Assembly (NCBI GenBank): GCA_964438685.1
Contig: CAYTMD010000001.1
Coordinates: forward strand, 1-51,152
DNA: 51,152 bases
Direction of reading: 5' to 3'
Source of the DNA: an uncultured Acidobacteriota bacterium
Lineage (GTDB): Bacteria > Acidobacteriota > Terriglobia > UBA7540
The position numbers were made by a program, and so were the translations under genes. This document shows, one piece after another, positions 37,835 to 45,635 of the stretch (the first letter of the stretch is position 1; every line of letters starts with the position of its first letter). The notes under the pieces were generated by a model. That model saw only the letters and a program-made list of their open reading frames with translations. It was not told the origin of the DNA and ran no database searches.

Positions 37835-37987
37835 TTACGCGGCTTCAAGCAACTCTGGAAGCGCCCAAACGTGATCGCTTAACCCCGCTTCCATATACGG
37901 AAACTATATCGATCCCATACCAGCATATTTTCCCTTGCGTGGTGGCGACCGGCAATGTAGATTAGACACCTCGGGCGTTCTTTTCAT
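37835..37987 (-). pseudogene. relic of a DDE transposase C-terminus
   Basis: Minus strand reads MKRTPEVSNLHCRSPPRKGKYAGMGSI*FPYMEAGLSDHVWALPELLEAA*. The P.M.AGLSDHVW..ELL tail resembles, from memory, the conserved end (..TPAMAAG[IL][ST]D[HR].W...EL.) of IS1/IS1595-type transposases. There is an in-frame stop and no N-terminal body. Confidence 0.4.
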
Positions 37988-38004
37988 AGGGGACCTCGAA
38001 TTGG

Positions 38005-38075
38005 TGGTGGAGCTGAGGGGATTTGCACCCCTGCCGGACAGGTTGTCAAGGCCCCCGGCGCGCTAAGCCAGCCCC
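38005..38075 (-). ncRNA. tRNA-Ala / tmRNA-like acceptor plus T-arm mini-gene (possibly a degenerate ssrA remnant)
   Basis: Minus strand: GGGGCTG...AGGGG TGCAAAT CCCCT CAGCTCC A CCA. It has a 7-bp acceptor stem with a G3:U wobble, an A discriminator, an encoded CCA and a 5-bp T stem. The 36-nt interior forms only a GCCGG/CCGGC stem, with no D or anticodon arm. Confidence 0.45.
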
Positions 38076-38085
38076 AAATTTGCTG

Positions 38086-38133
38086 ACCGCCCGCTTTGGC
38101 TCATACCTAAGCGGGCGGTTTCGTATTTATTTC
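38086..38133 (+). terminator. rho-independent-type hairpin
   Basis: ACCGCCCGCTT (38086-38096) / AAGCGGGCGGT (38109-38119) followed by TTCGTATTTATTT. No obvious plus-strand gene lies upstream. Confidence 0.4.
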
Positions 38134-38163
38134 CATTCCTCCTGCTCCAATAGAACCGGGAAA

Positions 38164-38239
38164 CTAAAAAAGCCCCGCATTGGAAAAACCGAGACAGGCT
38201 TACTTTATGCCTGCCTTGACCTTTGCCAATACGGGGCTT
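38164..38239 (-). terminator. long hairpin plus T-run after the small basic protein gene
   Basis: AAGCCCCGCATTGG (38170-38183) pairs with CCAATACGGGGCTT (38226-38239) at 13 of 14 positions. On the minus strand it is followed by TTTTTAG. Confidence 0.5.
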
Positions 38240-38290
38240 GTTTACTTCTTCAGCTTCCCGCAATTCTTGCGCTAGTTTCCGCCGAAAATC

Positions 38291-38482
38291 CTAGACTGCA
38301 TCCTTTGCACTGTCAAGCACAGATTTATATAGAGTATTCTCTTCCTTCGGAGGGCGGCCACCCTTGCGGGCCTTGCGTTTTGCCTGGAGTTCTCTAAAAT
38401 AATCGGGGCCGCGCTCGGCGATGGCCTTGCCCCCGATCCGCCCCAAAGCGACAGCAGCGGGGTTCTTTTTGGGTTTTTCCAT
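38291..38482 (-). CDS. small basic protein (KNPAAVALGR.GG motif)
   Basis: 63 aa: MEKPKKNPAAVALGRIGGKAIAERG...KRKARKGGRPPK. The motif recalls widespread small uncharacterised proteins. Confidence 0.5.
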   Translation of the reverse strand: MEKPKKNPAAVALGRIGGKAIAERGPDYFRELQAKRKARKGGRPPKEENTLYKSVLDSAKDAV

Positions 38483-38750
38483 GCGCCAATATTCCTAAGG
38501 GCGCTCGTTGTTAGTCAAGGGCAAAGTCAGCGCCAGCAACACACAATTAGGACACTACCCGGCGCTGCTTCCGCATAACCAGCGATTCCTGACCGCCCCC
38601 TATTCCCACCTTCTGCCCCACGATTATGGCGACCAAACTCCGTTCCAAGTGATTCAAATGCCTCGAACTCGACGTCCATCAAGGCATAAACCCGTGATCC
38701 CCGGATTTGCTTGCCGTTTTACCTTTGCGCTGTGTAGGATGACTTCTTGA

Positions 38751-39851
38751 GTGCGCACCGGCTCGCTTGAAGCCGGGGTGACAAGGCAGACATCCAAGCT
38801 CCCGACATCTAAGAAAGGTCACTCAGAATTGACGGGCACGAACCCCAGTCTCAGTACACGCGTCGGAGTGGTGTTATTTCAATTGGGCGGACCCGACTCA
38901 CTCGACGCCATCGAACCCTTTCTCTACAACCTGTTTTGCGACCCTGACATCATCGACTTCCCCTTTGCCCGGCTGGCGCGCCAACCCCTGGCGCGGCTGA
39001 TTTCATCGCGCCGCGCTGGAAAAGTCCGCAAGCACTACGCGGAAATTGGCGGCAAATCGCCCATTGGTGAGGTTACGGCGCGGCAGGCGCGGGCGCTGGA
39101 GGCTGAACTCAACAAATCGCTCGTGGCCCGCGTGCTGGTGGCCATGCGTTATTGGCATCCGCTGACCGATGCCGCCATTAGCGAGCTTACCGCCTTTGCC
39201 CCGGAAGAAATTGTCCTGCTGCCGCTCTACCCACAGTATTCCCGTACCACCACGGGCAGCAGTCTGAACGAGTGGAACCGCCGCTTCCCCAAACAGCAAG
39301 CGGCGAGGGTTCATCTCGTTCGCGAATTCCACAATGAGCCGCTGTATCTTGACGCCCTGGTGGAGCGCATTCAGCAGGGGTTGGAACGTTTTCGCCGCTC
39401 CAATGGCCACGCCGCGCGCGCGCCCTCGGATGTCCACCTGCTATTTAGCGCCCACAGCATCCCCATCAACGTGATTCACGGCGGTGATCCCTATCAGGCA
39501 CAGATTGAGGCTACGGTAAAGGCGGTGATGGAGCGTGGACGCTGGGCCAACCCGCACTCATTGTGCTACCAGAGCCGCTCCGGCCCCGGACGCTGGCTGC
39601 AACCGTTCATTCATGAAGCCCTGCAGGAAATTACCCGGAGTGGATCGGAGCGCGTGCTGGTGGTTCCCATCGCCTTTGTCTCCGATCACGTTGAGACGCT
39701 GCACGAAATCAACATCGAAGCGCGTGAACACGCGGAATCCCTCGGTATTCAACAATTTGAAACCATGGAAGGCCTGAACGATTCTCCTGCTTTCATCACT
39801 GCCCTCGCGGATATGGTGCTGCGCAAGGTTACACTAAAGGTATCGGACTAG
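38751..39851 (+). CDS. hemH: ferrochelatase
   Basis: LLFSAHSIP and FVSDHVETLHEI motifs. The GTG start at 38751 is uncertain because the N-terminal ~35 aa are atypical. Confidence 0.9.
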   Translation: MRTGSLEAGVTRQTSKLPTSKKGHSELTGTNPSLSTRVGVVLFQLGGPDSLDAIEPFLYNLFCDPDIIDFPFARLARQPLARLISSRRAGKVRKHYAEIGGKSPIGEVTARQARALEAELNKSLVARVLVAMRYWHPLTDAAISELTAFAPEEIVLLPLYPQYSRTTTGSSLNEWNRRFPKQQAARVHLVREFHNEPLYLDALVERIQQGLERFRRSNGHAARAPSDVHLLFSAHSIPINVIHGGDPYQAQIEATVKAVMERGRWANPHSLCYQSRSGPGRWLQPFIHEALQEITRSGSERVLVVPIAFVSDHVETLHEINIEAREHAESLGIQQFETMEGLNDSPAFITALADMVLRKVTLKVSD

Positions 39852-40013
39852 GAGCCTCTTGGAGATGGGTTTGACCGTATATAGAATCAATTACTTAGCG
39901 ACCTTTTAATGGCTGTAAGTTACTGATTCTTAATGGACAATCTTCTATCTCCGACGGCCTGCTAGGCCGCACTTTGCCCCGCGCGATTCGTACCGAAGAT
40001 CTAGGATTCAACC

Positions 40014-40042
40014 TTGACAGACGTCATCAAACCGCTTATACT
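40014..40042 (+). promoter_or_regulatory. near-consensus sigma70 promoter for the RHH-PIN cassette
   Basis: TTGACA (40014-40019), 17-nt spacer, TATACT (40037-40042). Confidence 0.5.
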
Positions 40043-40063
40043 CATAACCGGATATATGCTTAT

Positions 40064-40351
40064 ATGACTAACCTGGCCATGAATGAACCAGAAACTACCC
40101 GATTGACGATTACTTGGTCCAAACAAGTCGATCTTGCCTTGCGCTCCTTCCTCGGTGCCCGCGGAATGAAGAAAGGCGATATTTCGAAATTCATTGAGCA
40201 AGCTGTCCAGTGGCGCATTTTCCACCAGACCGTCAACGCCACCCGCGGAGCTTTCGCCGAGGTTCCTCCCGACGAACTTCAGAAGATGATCGACGAAGCC
40301 GTCGATGACGTCCGTGCCAGTCGCTACCGGGAAAGCGCAAAGCGGCCCTGA
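40064..40351 (+). CDS. ribbon-helix-helix antitoxin
   Basis: The TRLTITWSKQVDLALRSFL beta-strand and helix pattern is typical of RHH/CopG. The stop overlaps the PIN ATG (TGATG). Start is 40064 or 40079; the longer track ORF is an artefact of a fused gene relic. Confidence 0.6.
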   Translation: MTNLAMNEPETTRLTITWSKQVDLALRSFLGARGMKKGDISKFIEQAVQWRIFHQTVNATRGAFAEVPPDELQKMIDEAVDDVRASRYRESAKRP

Positions 40352-40791
40352 TGCGAATTATCCTGGACACCAACGCCCTGCTTTCCGCCCTGCTTTCGCC
40401 TAACGGCGCGACGACGACCCTTCTCGACGCCTGGGAGCGTGAGGCATTTACGCTCGTCACCTGCGAGGAGCTCATTGCGGAACTGCGTGACGTCGCGAGC
40501 CGGCTGTTTTTCCGGGCCAGACTCCGCGGCAGTGCCGTCGAATTGCTCGCGGTGGGCCTTCAGGACTTTTCTTCTTATTGTGGCGATCTGGCCTCAGGAC
40601 GAGCCACGCCGAACCGCAAGGACAGTTACCTGCTTGCGCTGGCTGAAGCAGGCCAAGCAGAGTTCATCGTGACTGGCGACAAAGAACTCCTCTCCTCGAA
40701 AGAATACAAATCCACTCGGCTTATTACTCCCGCCGCGATGATCGAGCTCTTGCAGGAAGCTGAGAGCGGAAAACAAGTGAAGGAGAAGTGA
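40351..40791 (+). CDS. PIN-domain toxin
   Basis: RIILDTNALLSALLSPNG N-terminus with acidic residues in PIN-like spacing; 146 aa. Confidence 0.85.
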   Translation: MRIILDTNALLSALLSPNGATTTLLDAWEREAFTLVTCEELIAELRDVASRLFFRARLRGSAVELLAVGLQDFSSYCGDLASGRATPNRKDSYLLALAEAGQAEFIVTGDKELLSSKEYKSTRLITPAAMIELLQEAESGKQVKEK

Positions 40792-40795
40792 CGTA

Positions 40796-41221
40796 TTGGC
40801 CAAAGATCTCATTGCGTCGGCCGCCGATATTCTGAACACCCCCGCGTATCAGGGGTTGCTCGGCCGAACTTTGCCCCGCGTGATTCGCACGGAGGCCGAA
40901 AACCAACACTACCTTGACCTCCTCTCCCAGCTTGACGCTCACAGCAATGATTTGACTCCTCCGGAGAAGGACCTGGCAGATCGTCTGACTCTGTTAATCG
41001 AGCGCTTTGAGGAGCAGGTCAACGCCTTGAAGACCATTTCTCCCCTTGAAGTGCTGCACGAGTCGCCGCGAACCAACAGCCTTAACCAAAGAGACCTGCT
41101 GGACGCGTTCGGAACGGGGATTATTGCGTCGGAAGATTCCAATGACAAGCCCCGCTTCGCTACAGACCATAATCGCAAGCTCAACCAACGCTTCCTTGTC
41201 TCGCCGGAACTCTTTTTGTAA
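40796..41221 (+). CDS. HigA-type (COG5499-like) HTH antitoxin-like protein
   Basis: TTG start after AAGGAGAAG. IRTEAENQHYLDLLSQL...LLIERFEE...RKLNQRFLVSPELFL matches the layout of HigA-family antitoxins. The HTH segment looks divergent. Confidence 0.5.
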   Translation: MAKDLIASAADILNTPAYQGLLGRTLPRVIRTEAENQHYLDLLSQLDAHSNDLTPPEKDLADRLTLLIERFEEQVNALKTISPLEVLHESPRTNSLNQRDLLDAFGTGIIASEDSNDKPRFATDHNRKLNQRFLVSPELFL

Positions 41222-41359
41222 TCGCTACAGTACTGCCTTGAACCCACGACCCATGTCATTCCCCCTCTTTCAGTCGGAATGAACTCTGCTGCCATCCACC
41301 CGCTGAGTTGGTATCACATCACCCTTGCACTTTGTGTCCTCTTGCGCTTTTATAGGGGC

Positions 41360-42535
41360 ATGAAAAACCTAATCCGATACGCTCTCCTGCTCACCACAAT
41401 CTTCGCCGCAAGCGTCATTTCGGTGGACGCGTGGGGACCCGAAAGGCCGCACACTATGAGCGACTACTTTGTTTACATCGGCTCCTACACGGGGCCGAAG
41501 AGCCGGGGCATTTATGTTTACAAGCTTGCCTCCGCCACTGGAAAGCTTACGCCGCTCGGTTTGGCGGTGGAAACCACCAGCCCGGCATTCCTCGCCGTTC
41601 ATCCCAACCACCGGTACCTTTATGCGGTAAATGAGGTCTCCAAATTTGATGGGCAGAAGACCGGCAGTGTCAGCGCGTTTTCCATTGATCGCAGTACAGG
41701 CAAACTTACATCGTTGAACGCCGTATCCTCCGGCGGTCCAGGCCCCTGTCACCTTACCGTTGATCACACTGGCAAGTATCTGCTGGTAGCCAATTATGGA
41801 GTGGGCAGTGTGGCGATGTTTCCGATTCTTGCCAACGGCGGCTTGGCAAAGGCCACGGTTATTCTGCCGCACAAAGGTCACAGCATTGACCCCAAGCGCC
41901 AGGAAGGTCCGCACGCGCATTCCATTTACGTGTCGGCCGACAATCGTTTTGTGGTCTCTGCGGATTTGGGAACGGACCAGGTTTACGTATATCGTTTTGA
42001 CGCCACCAAGGGAACACTGACACCGAATGATCCGCCGTCCGCAGCGGTTCCCCCGGGCACTGGCCCCCGCCACTTTACATTTCATCCCAACGCAAAGTTT
42101 GCCTATGTCATTGAAGAAATGGGTTCCAGCCTTACCTCTTTTTCCTATGACGCCGCGCGTGGCGTGCTGCATCCCCTTGAAACCATCAGGACCACGCCCA
42201 GTGATTACAAGGGTTACAATGACTGCGCGGAGTTGTATATTCACCCGACAGGCAAGTTTCTTTATGGCTCGAATCGCGGCCACGATAGCATTACGGTTTT
42301 TTCCATTGACTCAATTAAGGGAACACCTACGCCCATCGAATACGTTCCCACCGGGGGAAAGACGCCGCGCGGATTCGGCATCGACCCCACGGGTACTTAC
42401 CTGATTGCCGGGAACCAGGATTCCAATACTCTGGCGGTGTTTCGCATCGATGCTAAAACTGGCCGACTAACACCCACGGGGCAAAAGGAGGATGTTCAGC
42501 AACCGGTCTGCGTGGTGTTTGAACCCGTCGAATAA
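41360..42535 (+). CDS. 7-bladed beta-propeller lactonase (6-phosphogluconolactonase-like), secreted
   Basis: ATG at 41360 gives signal peptide MKNLIRYALLLTTIFAASVISVDA. GPCHLTVDHTGKYLLVANYGVGSV motif. Confidence 0.8.
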   Translation: MKNLIRYALLLTTIFAASVISVDAWGPERPHTMSDYFVYIGSYTGPKSRGIYVYKLASATGKLTPLGLAVETTSPAFLAVHPNHRYLYAVNEVSKFDGQKTGSVSAFSIDRSTGKLTSLNAVSSGGPGPCHLTVDHTGKYLLVANYGVGSVAMFPILANGGLAKATVILPHKGHSIDPKRQEGPHAHSIYVSADNRFVVSADLGTDQVYVYRFDATKGTLTPNDPPSAAVPPGTGPRHFTFHPNAKFAYVIEEMGSSLTSFSYDAARGVLHPLETIRTTPSDYKGYNDCAELYIHPTGKFLYGSNRGHDSITVFSIDSIKGTPTPIEYVPTGGKTPRGFGIDPTGTYLIAGNQDSNTLAVFRIDAKTGRLTPTGQKEDVQQPVCVVFEPVE

Positions 42536-42649
42536 TCGGGGCATTCTCTTCCTACGAAATTCCCGGCGCACCACAACAAGGCTTGGGTATGTAAAATTGA
42601 TGGCAATCAAGACACAGAAAAATTTTTTATAATTTACATCGACGAAATA

Positions 42650-42678
42650 TTGACAGAATTACCGACCTTCAATATAGT
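42650..42678 (+). promoter_or_regulatory. sigma70-like promoter candidate for the Rieske/cytochrome b operon
   Basis: TTGACA (42650-42655), 17-nt spacer, TATAGT (42673-42678), in an AT-rich spacer. Confidence 0.45.
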
Positions 42679-42746
42679 TTTGATTTCAGGGCATTCAGGA
42701 ATTCTTCTACACGTAATAAAGATAGCCAGCCAACGAGGTTTCGGTT

Positions 42747-43361
42747 ATGGCGAATGTGAGTGATCCAGCCACTCCTACTCCTGCCCCGGCCCCTGCGTCT
42801 ACGGCACCGGCAGCGGCTCCCGTCAAAGCCGCGCCCAGGGCTACGTCCGCGAAAGGCAAGCCTCCGGTCGAAGAAGTTTCTCCTTCCACCAAAATGCGGC
42901 GCCGAATCATCTGGAGCTGCGTGTGGGGCTTTCTCGCCGCCAATCTTCTGATGTTCCTCCGCTTTTTTTATCCTCGCGCACTTTTCGAACCCAGCACTGT
43001 TTTCAAAATTGGTTACCCATCGGATTTCCAGCCGGGTGTGGACGAGCGCTTCAAGGCTCAGGATCGCATCTGGGTGGTTCGCGAAGGCGACCGCATCTTC
43101 GTGATCTTTGGGCGCTGCACCCATCTGGGCTGCACGCCTGATTGGAAGCCGGCAGAGCACAAGTTCAAGTGCCCCTGCCACGGCAGCGGGTACACCCCGG
43201 AAGGAATTAACTTTGAGGGACCGGCTCCCCGGCCCATGGACCGCGCACACGTGGAACTGGACGCGACGGGTCAGATTGTTGTGGATACCAGTCGCCTTTA
43301 CTCCTGGCCCAAAGGGGGCGTGGATCATTTCGATGATCCCGGCTCCTTCGTTAATGTTTAG
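42747..43361 (+). CDS. Rieske 2Fe-2S subunit of a cytochrome bc-type complex
   Basis: CTHLGC...CPCHGS cluster-binding boxes. N-terminal Ala/Pro-rich region plus a TM helix. Confidence 0.9.
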   Translation: MANVSDPATPTPAPAPASTAPAAAPVKAAPRATSAKGKPPVEEVSPSTKMRRRIIWSCVWGFLAANLLMFLRFFYPRALFEPSTVFKIGYPSDFQPGVDERFKAQDRIWVVREGDRIFVIFGRCTHLGCTPDWKPAEHKFKCPCHGSGYTPEGINFEGPAPRPMDRAHVELDATGQIVVDTSRLYSWPKGGVDHFDDPGSFVNV

Positions 43362-43488
43362 ACGGGCTTGATGAGTACCCGACAATCGGGTGATCGCGTG
43401 ATCGGATGAACAAAAAGCCCACTCCGGCGGCATGTTGCCTTGTTCACCCGATCGTCGGATCACCGGATCACCCGATGGAGAAGAATTG

Positions 43489-44448
43489 ATGGCTGACGAG
43501 CACAGCGGAACTCCCCCCAAAGAAGGGCCGAAGGAAACGCCCTCGAAGAAAGGGTTCGACGCAATCCTGGGAGAGGTCCGCCAGACTGCTGAAGTTCTCA
43601 AAGACAAGGCGAAAGAGGATCTCCAGAGCTTGAAGCAGCCTGAGAAGACAACGCTCTTCAAGTCCATCTTCCGCGTCAAGCACGACGAGAGTCCCCGCAA
43701 CCGCGCTTTGAGCGTGCTTTCCAATGTCTTCCTACACCTGCACCCATCCAAAATTAATCGTGACGCGGTCCGCTACAGTTATACCTGGGGCATGGGCGGA
43801 ATCACTTTTTACCTGTTCATTGTCCTCACCCTCACTGGTGTGCTGCTGATGTATTACTACCACCCCACCAAAGGGCAAGCCTACCGCGACATTATCTATC
43901 TGATGAGCGATGTGCCCTTCGGATCGCTGCTCCGCAATATGCACCGATGGGCGGCGCACCTGATGATTATTACGGTGTGGCTGCACATGTTTCGCGTTTT
44001 TCTGACGGGATCGTATAAGAAGCCGCGTGAGTTTAATTGGTGTGTGGGCGTAATTCTGTTGGTCCTCACCATGTTGCTCTCCTTCACCGGCTATTTGCTG
44101 CCTGACGATCAACTGGGATTCTGGGCGGTAACCGTGGGGACCAATATGGCGCGCGCAACGCCCTTCCTGGGGAATGAAGGACCTGGGGGGCCGCAGCTCG
44201 GCATGACTCCATACAACGACGTGCGTTTCGCGCTGCTCGGCGGATCCATTGTTGACGCCAACGCCCTCTTGCGCGCTTATATCTGGCACTGCATCGCCAT
44301 CCCCCTGATTGGCGGCGTCTTTATGGGTGTGCATTTCTGGCGGGTAAGAAAAGACGGTGGCATCTCTGGTCCCGCTCCCGTCGTGCTGGAACAGGAAGCA
44401 TTGAAGGCGAAGGTGCTGCCGTACGTTATACCGCAGCATACGGAGTGA
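43489..44448 (+). CDS. cytochrome b, N-terminal (b6-like) subunit
   Basis: ATG at 43489 after GGAGAAG. RNMHRWAAHLMIITVWLHMFRVFLTGSYKKPRE haem-ligand region. Confidence 0.9.
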   Translation: MADEHSGTPPKEGPKETPSKKGFDAILGEVRQTAEVLKDKAKEDLQSLKQPEKTTLFKSIFRVKHDESPRNRALSVLSNVFLHLHPSKINRDAVRYSYTWGMGGITFYLFIVLTLTGVLLMYYYHPTKGQAYRDIIYLMSDVPFGSLLRNMHRWAAHLMIITVWLHMFRVFLTGSYKKPREFNWCVGVILLVLTMLLSFTGYLLPDDQLGFWAVTVGTNMARATPFLGNEGPGGPQLGMTPYNDVRFALLGGSIVDANALLRAYIWHCIAIPLIGGVFMGVHFWRVRKDGGISGPAPVVLEQEALKAKVLPYVIPQHTE

Positions 44449-44452
44449 CAAC

Positions 44453-44550
44453 CTGCTGTCAGCAATCAGCTATCAGCAGTCAGCTAAGGCACTACCTCAT
44501 AGCTGACCGGCGGTAGCTGAAGGCTGATAGCTGAAAGCTGATAGCTGAAA
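44453..44550. repeat. heptamer inverted repeat (CAGCTAT CAGCAGT / GCTGAAG GCTGATA GCTGAAA GCTGATA GCTGAAA)
   Basis: ATCAGCTATCAGC (44465-44477) is complementary to GCTGATAGCTGA(T) at 44523-44534 and again at 44538-44549. It occupies essentially the whole spacer between the two cytochrome b genes. Confidence 0.8.
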
Positions 44551-45486
44551 ATGGACTGGCATCAACTCTGGGAAATTACCTCCGCTCCCGATAACGTTCC
44601 CATTGTGGCGTTGATCGGCCTGGTGCCTTTCTACACGTGGTACGGGATTCGGCAGGCGCTGGCCAATGACCGCCTCATTGCGCAACTTGAGGCCGACCCG
44701 CAACTCGCCAAGACGCATCACCGCAAGACGCTGCCCTGGAAGCCTGGCTGGACCAAGGAAGTTCCGGTTTGGCCTTTCCTCCTGCGGATTGAGTTCCTGG
44801 CCGCCATTGTCGTGACCGTCATCCTGATGATTTGGGCCATCACGCTCAACGCACCACTGGAAGAACTGGCGAACCCCAACCTGACGATGAATCCTGCCAA
44901 AGCGCCGTGGTACTTCCTGGGACTTCAGGAGATGCTGGTCTACTTCGATCCCTGGATGGCGGGCGTGGTGATGCCCACACTGATCATCATCGGATTGATG
45001 GTCATTCCTTACATTGACGCCAACCCGCTCGGCTCCGGGTACTACACGTGGAAGCAGCGGCGTTTCGCCATTGGGACATTCTGCTTCGGCTTCATGCTGC
45101 TTTGGCTGTTGATGGTGGTCATCGGCACCTTCATTCGTGGGCCGGGCTGGATGTGGTTCTGGCCGGGACAGACGTGGGACCCCAACCGCCAGGTGTTCGA
45201 GGTGAACCGCGATTTGCCGGATATGTTCTTCATCACTTCTGCCTGGGGAAAAACCATTTTTGGCGCACTGGTCATGGGCATCTACTTTGCTGTGGCGGGC
45301 GGAGCGGTCCATGTGCTCATCACCTGGAATGATTTCAACAAGAAGATTTACCAGAAAATGAGCTTCTTGCAGTACATGACGATGCAAGCGTTTGTGACGA
45401 TTATGATGCTGCTGCCGATCAAAATACTGATCCGGCACTTGTTAAGAATTAAGTACATCTGGGTAACGCCCTGGTTCAATCTTTGA
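44551..45486 (+). CDS. cytochrome b C-terminal / subunit IV-like membrane subunit
   Basis: PAKAPWYFLGLQEML (PEWY-type) motif; polytopic, 311 aa. Confidence 0.8.
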   Translation: MDWHQLWEITSAPDNVPIVALIGLVPFYTWYGIRQALANDRLIAQLEADPQLAKTHHRKTLPWKPGWTKEVPVWPFLLRIEFLAAIVVTVILMIWAITLNAPLEELANPNLTMNPAKAPWYFLGLQEMLVYFDPWMAGVVMPTLIIIGLMVIPYIDANPLGSGYYTWKQRRFAIGTFCFGFMLLWLLMVVIGTFIRGPGWMWFWPGQTWDPNRQVFEVNRDLPDMFFITSAWGKTIFGALVMGIYFAVAGGAVHVLITWNDFNKKIYQKMSFLQYMTMQAFVTIMMLLPIKILIRHLLRIKYIWVTPWFNL

Positions 45487-45490
45487 AAAG

Positions 45491-45619
45491 CAGTGACAAG
45501 TGACGAGTGACAAGTGACAAGTAAATACGAAGCTCGAATTTGAAACTGGTGACGATTTTCTGATTTCGACAGTAAAGGGAACAGGCCGCTTGTCACTTTT
45601 CACTTGTCACTCGTCACTG
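45491..45619. repeat. GTGACAA/GTGACGA heptamer inverted-repeat pair with a nested dispersed-element copy
   Basis: Left arm GTGACAA GTGACGA GTGACAA GTGACAA (45493-45520) and right arm CTTGTCACTTTTCACTTGTCACTCGTCAC (45589-45617). The loop contains ACGAAGCTCGAATTTGAAACTGG, related to 9113-9136. Confidence 0.85.
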
Positions 45620-45635
45620 TTCTTGGGGGTTCCGG

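Noticed and set aside
38005-38400. A possible full-length ssrA (tmRNA) gene extending upstream of the CAGCTCCACCA end.
   Set aside because: The matching 5' acceptor strand lies only 53 nt upstream. No alanine-resume tag ORF ending in ..AA-stop and no pseudoknot series were found in 38076-38400. That stretch is instead explained by two terminator hairpins and a small CDS.
42669-43751. A 360-aa minus-strand ORF lies opposite the Rieske and cytochrome b genes.
   Set aside because: It is a shadow ORF that is Arg/Gly/Ser-rich and has no motifs, while the plus strand carries unmistakable Rieske and cytochrome b signatures. The same reasoning applies to 8880-9821, 11215-12330, 17532-18221, 19632-20390, 25062-25931, 41369-42283, 44497-45438 and 29943-30587.
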